Source: an uncultured Alphaproteobacteria bacterium
Lineage (GTDB): Bacteria > Pseudomonadota > Alphaproteobacteria > JAJTHO01 > G963706365
Reading direction: 5' to 3'
Assembly (NCBI GenBank): GCA_963706365.1
Contig: OY970150.1
Location: 1,338,788-1,402,787 of the forward strand
Length of the DNA: 64,000 nt
The position numbers and the translations under genes are program-made. Shown here one piece after another: positions 29,409 through 40,466 of this stretch. The stretch's first letter is position 1. The number at the start of each line of letters is the position of its first letter. The notes below the pieces were generated by a model. The model did not search any database and had not been told where the DNA came from. It saw only the letters and a program-made list of their open reading frames with translations.

Positions 29409-32036
29409 GTGTCTAATAAAAATTTTTTATCCACCAATAAAAGGCATATCGTTTCAGCGACTGTACTAAGTTGTATTTTGGCTGCGTTCAGTTCAAACAG
29501 CGCACTGGCGCAAAATAGTCTGCCACAAACCTTAAGTGCAAATAACAAAACATTTGATCATACCATAGACTTAGGAAGTAATGTCGATTCTGATATTATC
29601 TTGGAAATAGTCGTAAACGACGCTGACAACAAAGGCGAGGGAGAGCTTTATATAAATGGTAATCTTGTGAAAGGTTTTATAGATAAGACTGATCACAATA
29701 AAGATGGCAGAGATACACTAGAAACGCTGACAATACCAAATTCGTATGTGAAACCAGGCCGTAATGAAATCCAGTTCAGACATGTTTTGAGCCGTGGTTA
29801 TGCGGTAAAAAGTATAGTGCATACTAGAAAATTAGAATCTGCACCTGTCATAAAGGAAGAAACAGTCAAGACATCAGGCGCCTCAAGTCAATTGCCTTTA
29901 GAATTATCCGCATCAAATAAATCAGCAACTTATAACCTGGTGTTGAAAAATAACCCCAGCAGCGACCCTGTTATGGAAATGATTATACATGATGCCGATA
30001 ATAAAGGTGAAGGATCTTTATACGTAAATGGCAAGAAGATTGCTGATTTGTTCGATGAAACTGCATCCAGCAACGACAAGGCAGATGTAAAATACAGTAT
30101 CAAGATTCCTAGAATTTATTTACAAGCTGGTAACAATGCACTGGAATTTCGCCATGTAAAGACCAAGGGTTATACGGTAAAGTCTGTCAATTTGATCGAA
30201 ACACAAGCAGTTCAAGTAGCGAAACCAACACCTGCTACCCCTGTTGTTAACACAGATTCTACCCCTACGAAAAACAATACAAAATTACCATTTAGTTTAT
30301 CTGCTGACAGCAAAGCTGTTAACTATGATATCTCTCTAGATGGTAAATCTGATCAGGATGTTATTCTAAACATGACTATTTATGATGCAGATAATAAAAA
30401 TGAAGGGGAGTTGTATTTAAACAATAACAAAGTTGCTGATCTTTTTGCGAAAGAAGATATCAAAAATGATAGCAGGGATACAACGCTAAGCTATATACTA
30501 CCTCATAAATATTTAAAGGAAAACGGGAATGTATTGACTTTCCGCCATGTAAATACAAAAGGCTTTACTGTAAAGGATATCCAATTAGGAACAACAGGGA
30601 ACGTCTCAAAACCAGCTCCAGTTGCGGTCGTGACTCCAGTAAAAGTTGATCCACCAGTTAAAGAAGAGCCGGTTAAAAAAGATCCGGTTGCCATTACGCC
30701 AACACCAGTTGTACCGCCTGAAACTTCAGAAGTTGTCAACCTGGGTAACAGTAAGAGTGACTTATGTTCAATGAATAGCAGTAACCTAGACGGCGGTGCC
30801 ACGTATAGTAGTAACATTTCCATGAAAGGTAGTGTTATTCCAGGTGATGAAGGTATAGACGTGGTATTGACACCTAAAGGGGCTGTTGTTGCCTCTAACA
30901 GTGGTAGCCAGGGTAATTTATATCTATTAAATCCAGCTACAGCTGAAGTGCTGGGCACTGTTTCGGTATCGGGTAAAATAGAAGATATGGCGTATAGTGC
31001 GGATAAACAGGAGATTATCATATCTACCAGTCAAGCTATCGAACGCTATAACACTAGTATGAAGCGGATCAGTAGTATATCCAGTGGGGCTGATCGTGTC
31101 GCCGCATCGCACAATGGTATGATTGCTGCTTTGAACGATAAAACTGTAACGCTTTATGATACTGCCAATAACCCCATTATGCAGAAGAATATTGGCAAAG
31201 ACTTTGTAACAGATGTAGAAATAATGGCCTGTGGTGGAGATAAAAATCGTATTTTTGTCACCAGTTATTCCAACAACAGTTTTATCGACATACAAAACAA
31301 AAGAAACCCGGTTCAAATTGCGGCTTTAGAAGCTTATAACTTTAAAGGCGATCGGCAATGGAATTTATTTGGTCACAGCAATAATGATATTAAGCAAAAC
31401 GTAGCTGATACACGCCTGTATCGTGTAACAATAGGGCAAGATGGTTACCTCTACATAGCTGGAGAATCTGCTGGTACTGCCACAATTTTCCGCTGGAATG
31501 GGGATAACCCAATGACATTGGATGAGCAGTATGGCAAAGTAAAACCATTTGTTGAGCGCGTCGATAGACACAACGATTTATACAATTCCGGTGCGGCACA
31601 CATCACTTACTATGGTCGTGTAAACCCTGCAACAGGTGAACTTGTAACATCTCAACTTGCTATGCCGAGATCCAGCAACACAAAAGCAAATACGATGCGT
31701 GTTGGAGATATTGCTGCAACAAGAAATAGTACAGTGATCTTTGGTGGTAAAGCCAATGCTAGTATAGCAAAGCGTGATGAACAGTCGATCAATGGTTCGC
31801 CTATCGGTGGCTATGGTGGTGCAGAACCGACACTTAAAGCGATGGCTCCTAGTTTAAAAGATCGTCATTTCTGGACAATCATTTCAGCTCAGCCTGGCAC
31901 AAAAGGAATGGTGAGTGGTGTTGATACAGCGTTTGGTTACATAGCGACCGTTAGTAACATAACAAGTGGCCAAGCCCCGGTTACGACTGGTCCGAAAGAC
32001 GGTAAAGTGTATGTAAACTTCACAAAAGCACCATAG
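29409..32036 (+). CDS. Large secreted protein: three tandem ~105-130-aa novel modules, Pro-rich linker, C-terminal beta-propeller-like domain
   Basis: GTG start 8 nt after AAGGAG. Signal peptide ..AAFSSNSALAQ. Three modules starting LPQTLSANNK / LPLELSASNK / LPFSLSADSK each contain DADNKGEG.LY.NG and FRHV..KG[YF].VK. Linker KPAPVAVVTPVKVDPPVKEEPVKKDP. The last ~420 aa are rich in short beta-strand repeats. Confidence 0.85.
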   Translation: MSNKNFLSTNKRHIVSATVLSCILAAFSSNSALAQNSLPQTLSANNKTFDHTIDLGSNVDSDIILEIVVNDADNKGEGELYINGNLVKGFIDKTDHNKDGRDTLETLTIPNSYVKPGRNEIQFRHVLSRGYAVKSIVHTRKLESAPVIKEETVKTSGASSQLPLELSASNKSATYNLVLKNNPSSDPVMEMIIHDADNKGEGSLYVNGKKIADLFDETASSNDKADVKYSIKIPRIYLQAGNNALEFRHVKTKGYTVKSVNLIETQAVQVAKPTPATPVVNTDSTPTKNNTKLPFSLSADSKAVNYDISLDGKSDQDVILNMTIYDADNKNEGELYLNNNKVADLFAKEDIKNDSRDTTLSYILPHKYLKENGNVLTFRHVNTKGFTVKDIQLGTTGNVSKPAPVAVVTPVKVDPPVKEEPVKKDPVAITPTPVVPPETSEVVNLGNSKSDLCSMNSSNLDGGATYSSNISMKGSVIPGDEGIDVVLTPKGAVVASNSGSQGNLYLLNPATAEVLGTVSVSGKIEDMAYSADKQEIIISTSQAIERYNTSMKRISSISSGADRVAASHNGMIAALNDKTVTLYDTANNPIMQKNIGKDFVTDVEIMACGGDKNRIFVTSYSNNSFIDIQNKRNPVQIAALEAYNFKGDRQWNLFGHSNNDIKQNVADTRLYRVTIGQDGYLYIAGESAGTATIFRWNGDNPMTLDEQYGKVKPFVERVDRHNDLYNSGAAHITYYGRVNPATGELVTSQLAMPRSSNTKANTMRVGDIAATRNSTVIFGGKANASIAKRDEQSINGSPIGGYGGAEPTLKAMAPSLKDRHFWTIISAQPGTKGMVSGVDTAFGYIATVSNITSGQAPVTTGPKDGKVYVNFTKAP

Positions 32037-32117
32037 TCAATTGATTGTGATAATCTATGTAGAAACCTGATTCCTATAGTAAAATAAAAGCATCAACCTT
32101 TTACAGAAGCTTTCATT

Positions 32118-32160
32118 AAAAACTGCCATTGCATTAATAATCGCAATGGCAGTTTTTTTA
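32118..32160 (+). terminator. Rho-independent terminator of the 875-aa gene
   Basis: AAAAACTGCCATTGC - loop - GCAATGGCAGTTTTTTTA. Perfect 10-bp stem with a T-tract and an A-tract on the other side. Confidence 0.75.
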
Positions 32161-32173
32161 TGGCAAGATACTA

Positions 32174-32342
32174 TATAGAACCCATTTGACAATTAATGTG
32201 CGATTGATTTTTAGTGGGTATTGAGCCGAAAATTATATCTTAAAAGTTGAGCATAATAAATTATGTGATGCTTTTAAGATATAATTTGCAGGCCAATAAC
32301 CGCAAAAAACAACGTGCATCTAATTGTCAAATGGGTTCTATA
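32174..32342. repeat. 169-bp imperfect palindrome (MITE-like) with perfect 22-bp terminal inverted repeats
   Basis: TATAGAACCCATTTGACAATTA at 32174-32195 pairs with TAATTGTCAAATGGGTTCTATA at 32321-32342. An inner perfect 17-bp IR, AAATTATATCTTAAAAG / CTTTTAAGATATAATTT, is also present. TA dinucleotides sit at both ends. Confidence 0.8.
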
Positions 32343-32351
32343 GCGCGTTCA

Positions 32352-32594
32352 TTATGATGAAAGCAAAGTGACGGTTTCATAGAAGAGCATATCTTCCAGT
32401 TGTAAAGCTTCGTCTAATAATCTGGCTTTATCCACTTCTGGATAGAAAAGAGCAACAGAGAGCAGCATTAGAATACTGGCGGCCATAGCAATAGGGTATC
32501 GACTTAATAGGGGTTTGTGCGGTGCAATAATTTGTGACTGTTGCACGGCTTCATTAGCCATGACAGTAATTTGTTCGGATGATAAGGGTTTCAT
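32352..32594 (-). CDS. Putative anti-sigma factor (single TM helix, no zinc-binding motif)
   Basis: 80-aa ORF whose ATG overlaps the sigma-factor stop (ATGA). One hydrophobic helix, IAMAASILMLLSVALFY. Confidence 0.55.
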   Translation of the reverse strand: MKPLSSEQITVMANEAVQQSQIIAPHKPLLSRYPIAMAASILMLLSVALFYPEVDKARLLDEALQLEDMLFYETVTLLSS

Positions 32595-33148
32595 GATAAA
32601 TAGCCTCCCTTTGCTATGTGTAAATGATTTTGTGCTTGTTCTTTAAGGGCATCACGGCCACGCTCAACTAAACGCTCTAGTGATTTTAGGGAAATTCCCA
32701 TAGATTTTGCGGCTTCTTTGTATTGTTGCTCGTGGAAGTAAACCAGGGTTAGCGCCTGTTGCTGGCGTTCGGGTAAACCAGCGATCTGAACACTTAGCCA
32801 TTGTTCTTGCTGCTGTTGTTCTAGTTGCTGAACAGTTTTCTCTGGCAGACTGATATTATCGTGTAACGGTGTAATATTGACTTGCTTTTTGCGATGATAA
32901 TCATAGCAATTATTGCGTACAATTTGGCAGGCAAAGGCTGCCACCGAACCGGTATTTCTCCAAGTTGGGGCAGCTTGCCATAGCTTCGTTAAAGACTCCT
33001 GAACCAGTTCTTCTGCCAAGGCTTGGTTGCCATTTAATAATTTATAGGCAACGGCCAGCATTTTATTAGCCAGGTTTTGGGCAAGTTGATGAAACGCTGT
33101 TTCACTACCCTTAGCCACCTGCTGCATTAACAAAGAAAGTTCGGGCAC
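32591..33148 (-). CDS. ECF-type RNA polymerase sigma-70 family factor
   Basis: Region 2 (..LVQESLTKLWQAAPTW..FACQIVRNNCYDYHRK..) and region 4 HTH (..LPERQQQALTLVYFHEQQYKEAAKSMGISLKSLERLVERGR..). Confidence 0.88.
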   Translation of the reverse strand: MPELSLLMQQVAKGSETAFHQLAQNLANKMLAVAYKLLNGNQALAEELVQESLTKLWQAAPTWRNTGSVAAFACQIVRNNCYDYHRKKQVNITPLHDNISLPEKTVQQLEQQQQEQWLSVQIAGLPERQQQALTLVYFHEQQYKEAAKSMGISLKSLERLVERGRDALKEQAQNHLHIAKGGYLS

Positions 33149-33151
33149 AGC

Positions 33152-33430
33152 TTACTTGCTTTGCTCTATCCGACGATTTTTCATGCGCTCGCGCATTTTT
33201 CGTTTGCCAGCTTTCATTTCATCAGCCGATATTTTGGTATCGCCATCAGCGTCTAGTCGATTAAACATTTTGTCAAAACGTTTCTCGTGCACGGCACGCA
33301 TTTCTGATTTACTAAGTAAGCCGTCACCGTCAGTATCAGCTTTTTGAAAGCGTTGTTGATGGTTATGCTCACCCGCGTAAAGTGGGCTGGCTACTAAAGA
33401 TAAAATTAGTAAAGATAGTAGTGGTTTCAT
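33152..33430 (-). CDS. Secreted EF-hand calcium-binding protein
   Basis: Signal peptide MKPLLSLLILSLVASPLYA and two canonical EF-hand loops, DTDGDGLLSKSE and DADGDTKISADE. Confidence 0.8.
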   Translation of the reverse strand: MKPLLSLLILSLVASPLYAGEHNHQQRFQKADTDGDGLLSKSEMRAVHEKRFDKMFNRLDADGDTKISADEMKAGKRKMRERMKNRRIEQSK

Positions 33431-33444
33431 GGTTTCTCCTTGGG

Positions 33445-33852
33445 TTATCTGTAATGACGGTAGGATTGTGGATGGCTGTGGCGATGCTGTCTATTCTGTA
33501 CATAGCCACGACGTTCCTGATGACGTGATGGTTGCACGTATCTGGTTTCACGTTCAATCACTACATAATCTGGCCGGCGGTGTCTTTTATGGTGATGGCG
33601 CTTTTGATGGCCATAATAACCCCTGTGATTGCGCCGCGCGTTATAATGTTGTGGCTGGTATAAGTAAACAGGCGCTGCATGGTGTCTTTCTGCATGGCGT
33701 CTTTGAGGGCGATGGTGTCGATTACCTTCAAGAGGAAAGCCCAATTGAATAGAGACAAAACCATTATCGAATAAATTATCTGCTGCGGCTTGTTTTGGTA
33801 CAGATGCTATAAGCAATCCGCCTAAAAGGCCATATTTTAAAATTTTGAACAT
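33445..33852 (-). CDS. Secreted His/Arg-rich protein
   Basis: Signal peptide ..LLIASVPKQAAAD, then a mature part dominated by RHH/HRR repeats (NRHHRPQRRHAERHH.., HQKRHHHKRHRR.., NRQHRHSH). AAAGGA lies upstream of the ATG. First gene of the four-gene ECF unit. Confidence 0.65.
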   Translation of the reverse strand: MFKILKYGLLGGLLIASVPKQAAADNLFDNGFVSIQLGFPLEGNRHHRPQRRHAERHHAAPVYLYQPQHYNARRNHRGYYGHQKRHHHKRHRRPDYVVIERETRYVQPSRHQERRGYVQNRQHRHSHPQSYRHYR

Positions 33853-33918
33853 AAGATGTTTTTTCCTTTCATACCTACATAACGTTATGAAAAGATAAAA
33901 ACCCCCGCATTAAAAAAT

Positions 33919-34875
33919 TTAATTTACAGCCGCACGTTTTAGCCGATCATTAAGTGCGCATCCAATATCTTTATTAGGCATCGGCATAACGGCAATAGCG
34001 CTGCAATGATCATCATTATCTAAGGTTATTAACCCCTGATAAAGATTATAGGCGGCTTCTGCTAAATTTTTATCTGCACTTAATTGGAATTCACAGCAAG
34101 GCAGGTAAGGATGTTTACCGAATGATAAAAGCCCTTCATTGCTTTTTAGGGTATCAATATTTAGCCGAACAGGCTTTTGGGGGGCATAATGTTTTAGAAA
34201 TTGACCTGGAGCCAATGGTTTAGATGTTTGGGCAAAAATAGTTGACGGTTTTTTTAAAACACGTTCAATCTCAGCTTCTGTTACAGTTCCCTGGCGTAAC
34301 ACTTGCCATGTATTAGAACGTAACAATACAATAGTTGATTCCAGACCTTTTTGACAAATACCGCCATCAACAACATGTAAGCCAGGGAAATACCGCTGTA
34401 CGTGTTCTGGCCTAGTAGGACTAATACAGCCTGAGGGATTAGCACTGGGGGCGGCTAGTGGCTGATCTAGATTACAAAGTATTTCCTGTGCCGTTGGGTG
34501 AGCTGGGCATCTTACCGCTAGCGTATTTAAACCGGCGGTAACCAATGGCGAAATACCACTTCCCTGCCGCAAGGGGAGTATTATCGTTAAGGCGCCGCCC
34601 CCCTTCGGTGGCCAAAAAGCGTTGGCTAGCTGTGTGGCGTCTGCTGGCCATTTGACATAGCGTTTAGCCATAATAGTATTACTAACGTGCGCAATAAGCG
34701 GATTGAAAGCAGGCCGATTTTTAAGGTCAAATATCTTTTGAACCGCGGCTGTGTTGGTTGCAATAGCCGCTAAACCATAAACTGTTTCTGTTGGGAAGCC
34801 AATGGTATGACCATTTTTTAATAGCGTAAGGGCAGTTTTGATAGAAGATGGCATATAACTATACCTGAAAGGCAA
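33919..34875 (-). CDS. L-threonylcarbamoyladenylate synthase (Sua5/YrdC type with Sua5 C-terminal domain)
   Basis: ..GHTIGFPTETVYGLAA.., ..KNRPAFNPLIAHV.., ..APSANPSG.. motifs; 318 aa. Confidence 0.88.
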   Translation of the reverse strand: MPFRYSYMPSSIKTALTLLKNGHTIGFPTETVYGLAAIATNTAAVQKIFDLKNRPAFNPLIAHVSNTIMAKRYVKWPADATQLANAFWPPKGGGALTIILPLRQGSGISPLVTAGLNTLAVRCPAHPTAQEILCNLDQPLAAPSANPSGCISPTRPEHVQRYFPGLHVVDGGICQKGLESTIVLLRSNTWQVLRQGTVTEAEIERVLKKPSTIFAQTSKPLAPGQFLKHYAPQKPVRLNIDTLKSNEGLLSFGKHPYLPCCEFQLSADKNLAEAAYNLYQGLITLDNDDHCSAIAVMPMPNKDIGCALNDRLKRAAVN

Positions 34876-35293
34876 TAATAATTAAGCAGCCAACAACGAT
34901 AGCTGTAACATTCCGGCGTGTTTTTAAATAATCTTTAAAGTGCAAAATTTGTAATTTATAATCCAGTGCCAGCAGGTACAAAAACAAAATCGCTGTTATT
35001 AATGCTGTAACAGCAAATGATTGGGTTAGAAAACTTAGCCAGGCTGTTAGCGTAATGACATTACTGATAATAAGCAGCGGGATGTAGCCTGGTTGCCTTA
35101 AGGCTATTCCCCACAAACTACCGCTCATAAAACTGCTGATAACCAGCCCATAGCTTATCGCCATATAGCCAACAGTGGTATAAGGGGGAATAAGACGATG
35201 GCCTGACAACAATAAAATGACAGCGATAATAAACGGCAAAGTTCCTGCATAAGGCAGTATTTTAAGCCATAAATTTTTATTGTCGGGTTGCAT
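34859..35293 (-). CDS. DUF3429-family membrane protein
   Basis: Four predicted TM helices with ..YGLVISSFMSGSLWG... Overlaps both neighbours. Confidence 0.65.
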   Translation of the reverse strand: MQPDNKNLWLKILPYAGTLPFIIAVILLLSGHRLIPPYTTVGYMAISYGLVISSFMSGSLWGIALRQPGYIPLLIISNVITLTAWLSFLTQSFAVTALITAILFLYLLALDYKLQILHFKDYLKTRRNVTAIVVGCLIIIAFQV

Positions 35294-36041
35294 AAACTAA
35301 AAACTCTTTATTTCCTTTTGGCCCGGTAATCGGGCTTTCTATTAAACCTTGTACAGACCATTCAATACTATTTAACCATGAAACAACGTCATCGCAAACA
35401 CGTTGATGAATGCCCGCGTCTTTAATAACGCCTTTACCGCGTTGCACTGCCTTTTTGCCCTCTAGAAAATTACCAGCCTCAAACTGTGGTTTGATTAAGG
35501 CAATAAGTGTGGCGGCTGGTTTTGTTAGCGATAATGCCGCGGGTAGAACTTTGGCAAGGTTTATAAAGCTAGCATCACAAACAACCATATCAACCGGCTG
35601 TGGAATTTGTTCTGTTTTAAGGTAGCGTGCATTGGTTTTTTCTAAAACGCTTACTTGCGGGTGATTGCGCAAAGACCAGTCTAGTTGCCCATGTCCAACA
35701 TCTACGGCATAAACATGTTTTGCCCCATTTTTAAGTAATACATCCGTAAAGCCACCTGTTGAAGCCCCCACATCAATGGCCGTCACATCATTTATGTTTA
35801 GGGAATAGGCTTTAATTGCTTTCGCCAGCTTAAAGCCACCGCGTGATACCCAGGGACAGTCTTTTGCTTTAATGGCAATCGTTTGATCAATTTTTACAAA
35901 AGTACCTGCTTTGGTAACAATGGTATCGTCAACCAGTACCTGGCCAGACATAATAACCGCCTGGGCTTTGCTGCGGGTTTCTATGTCTAGATGGTCAACA
36001 AGGTATTGATCTAAGCGTTGTTTCAATAGTCTATCTTCCAA
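35277..36041 (-). CDS. tlyA: TlyA-family rRNA 2'-O-methyltransferase (hemolysin A-like)
   Basis: N-terminal S4 domain (RLDQYLV..) and FtsJ-type SAM motif DVGASTGGFTDVLL. Confidence 0.88.
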   Translation of the reverse strand: MEDRLLKQRLDQYLVDHLDIETRSKAQAVIMSGQVLVDDTIVTKAGTFVKIDQTIAIKAKDCPWVSRGGFKLAKAIKAYSLNINDVTAIDVGASTGGFTDVLLKNGAKHVYAVDVGHGQLDWSLRNHPQVSVLEKTNARYLKTEQIPQPVDMVVCDASFINLAKVLPAALSLTKPAATLIALIKPQFEAGNFLEGKKAVQRGKGVIKDAGIHQRVCDDVVSWLNSIEWSVQGLIESPITGPKGNKEFLVYATRQ

Positions 36042-37635
36042 GTGCCTTGGCGATCATACCCGCACCGCCAGATGCCATACTATTGGTGCCTTTACCCGCT
36101 GAAGACACAGCAGATTTTTGCGCACCGCCTCCCATCTGATTAAGTGTAGATTCCATAGAGCTTGCTGTTTCTGCCGCAACATCCACATCCATACCTTTCG
36201 GGTTCGGGCGCGGGTAGGCAATGGCCGTTGCAAAAGATTTCGCCTTAGAGAGCATCGTTGTAATAATAAGCCCCGCCATAAAAAAGCGCCAGAATAAAAC
36301 TGAATTTATCAGCATTGCATTGTTATTCACATCAATATCATCGGCAATAGACACAATAACAAAGCTGCCCAAAGCAATAACAATACCATACATAACCAGT
36401 TCCATGACCGATTGGAACAAGCCGCGCAAACTGGTAAGCGCCAAATAGCGTGTCATGGGTAATGCAAAGAAAACAATTAGAAATGGGCTGATAACACTTA
36501 TAATCGCCCAGCGCATGACCACATCAACCACCTTAATCGGAAATGTTAAATAGCTGGGGCCATAAATAATTAACAAAACCAGCCCGGTTACAAACGACAT
36601 AATAACGGATGGAAGTTTTAATATACCCCCCTCACTGGAAGCAGCCATCATGGCACTAAAAGCGGCGGATACGCCCATTCCCAAAGCAGCCTGCATTTCT
36701 TTCATAAGGCAATTTACAGATTGACCAAGTTCTGCTGCGGTTACTATCGGTGCAGATTGATCAGCACCAGGAATTATGGCACTGTCGCAAGCACGTTGAA
36801 AGGGGGTATAAATAGTACCGGAACCTTTAGGATCATTAGAAATCTTTGTTTGGATATCGTTCATTTCCACGCGTGCCACGTCCATCATGCTAGAAACATA
36901 ATCCATGCCGGCAGTAACGGGGGGCAGGAAAATAATATTCCAGTAATTTACCACGCTGGTCAAAAACAGGGCGCATAACATGCCAATACCAATATGGCTG
37001 ATAATCACATTCTTAATTTTTTTAACATTATCAATGGGGCCAAAAGGCATTAATAGCTTGGCTACATTAAACATCAAAAATATAACGATCATTACAGTCA
37101 GTAAAACACGTGCGCCAGCCTGAAAAGCATCTGTAACAGATGCCCCTAAATCATACATAACCATAATAAGATCTTCAACAAATTTACATGCCAAGCAAAC
37201 ATCGATCATATCAACCAGATATCTAGTTGGATGCAGGCTTACGCCTGGCATCTCTTTGTTATCTAAAACCTCATCAATAGATTTTCCCTCTAATGTTGTA
37301 TTGGTACCAGGTGGTGGTGTTACTGCCCCTGAATTTTCATCTGGGTTAGGTGATGGATCCGGAGTGTCCTCTGCGGCATCATCAATGTTTGGACTGTTGG
37401 GAAATCCTTCTCCATCAAGCCCACAGGCATCAAAAAAAGCACGACATTCTATGAACGTTGATTTGTCTTGCTCTGGTATTGAAATACAGGGAACTAAGCC
37501 TAAGGTGTAGCCAGCGGAATCCCAGACAGGGTTACCATTTTCAATTTTTGAGCCACATTCTATCGCATAGACGCTGGTGGCGGATAAGCCCACCAGCATT
37601 GTCATAAGAAATAAAATTAGCCGCATTACAGCCAA
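36031..37635 (-). CDS. Multi-pass membrane protein, TrbL/VirB6-like topology (function tentative)
   Basis: Signal peptide, a Cys-containing and Pro-rich periplasmic N-domain (..DTPDPSPNPDENSGAVTPPPG..), at least 6 hydrophobic helices, and a Gly/Ser-rich hydrophilic tail. Its stop overlaps the tlyA start. Confidence 0.75.
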   Translation of the reverse strand: MAVMRLILFLMTMLVGLSATSVYAIECGSKIENGNPVWDSAGYTLGLVPCISIPEQDKSTFIECRAFFDACGLDGEGFPNSPNIDDAAEDTPDPSPNPDENSGAVTPPPGTNTTLEGKSIDEVLDNKEMPGVSLHPTRYLVDMIDVCLACKFVEDLIMVMYDLGASVTDAFQAGARVLLTVMIVIFLMFNVAKLLMPFGPIDNVKKIKNVIISHIGIGMLCALFLTSVVNYWNIIFLPPVTAGMDYVSSMMDVARVEMNDIQTKISNDPKGSGTIYTPFQRACDSAIIPGADQSAPIVTAAELGQSVNCLMKEMQAALGMGVSAAFSAMMAASSEGGILKLPSVIMSFVTGLVLLIIYGPSYLTFPIKVVDVVMRWAIISVISPFLIVFFALPMTRYLALTSLRGLFQSVMELVMYGIVIALGSFVIVSIADDIDVNNNAMLINSVLFWRFFMAGLIITTMLSKAKSFATAIAYPRPNPKGMDVDVAAETASSMESTLNQMGGGAQKSAVSSAGKGTNSMASGGAGMIAKALGR

Positions 37636-37680
37636 GTTTAACTTATATATTATATATTTACAATTTATTTGTGATATTGG

Positions 37681-39797
<2,117 letters not shown>

Positions 39798-39815
39798 GCC
39801 TTGGGTATAATCCTT

Positions 39816-40466
39816 TTACCCCAACTGTGCAAGAATAGCCGCGCCATTTCGGTAAAAGTAAACGCCTAAGCCACTGGCAAAAATAGCAATACCATAAAGC
39901 GCATGTTCCAAACTTACCAAGGCTAACGAGCGTGATTTATGATAAGTATAAGCAAACATCATGCCGCCAACGCTGCTTAAAATGGGTGCTATCCAGTTTC
40001 CAAAGATAATATGCACTAGTCCAAAACTAAGAGCGCTTAATAGAACCGTTGCTGTTTTCCCTAATAATTGACCATAACGATTAAAGAAGAAACTGCGGTA
40101 GATAACTTCTTGTGGTAATACAGATACGATAGGGTAAATCACACTAATAGCCAGTAAAAGCAGCGGTTTTTCCTGAACCAATCGAAGGGTTAAAGAAGGA
40201 TGCAGCCAATAAACCAGCAAAACCATTAAGACAAAAGCAGGAATTAATAGGAAAATAATACGCTGCACATTTCCTTTGTTAACGGCTGCCGCATTCCATT
40301 CTGCTCGCCAGCTAAATTGTTTTTGGCGTGTCAAATAAAGACCCATACCTGACAAAGCTAGCCACAGAAACAGAAAAGCAAACATCAGACCGCCTGTTTG
40401 CCAAACTATTAGGGGTATTAGAGCATAAAGGGATGCCAATTCAAACCAGCGAAAGCGTGTACTCAT
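39816..40466 (-). CDS. CPBP-family intramembrane glutamic endopeptidase (CAAX/Abi)
   Basis: Motif 1 QEVIYRSFFF and motif 2 FGLVH, with multiple TM helices. Confidence 0.8.
   Translation of the reverse strand: MSTRFRWFELASLYALIPLIVWQTGGLMFAFLFLWLALSGMGLYLTRQKQFSWRAEWNAAAVNKGNVQRIIFLLIPAFVLMVLLVYWLHPSLTLRLVQEKPLLLLAISVIYPIVSVLPQEVIYRSFFFNRYGQLLGKTATVLLSALSFGLVHIIFGNWIAPILSSVGGMMFAYTYHKSRSLALVSLEHALYGIAIFASGLGVYFYRNGAAILAQLG

Noticed and set aside
30503-31599. Minus-strand ORFs of 68-172 aa inside the 875-aa gene
   Set aside because: They are antisense to a gene with strong SD, signal peptide and terminator, and have no independent support.
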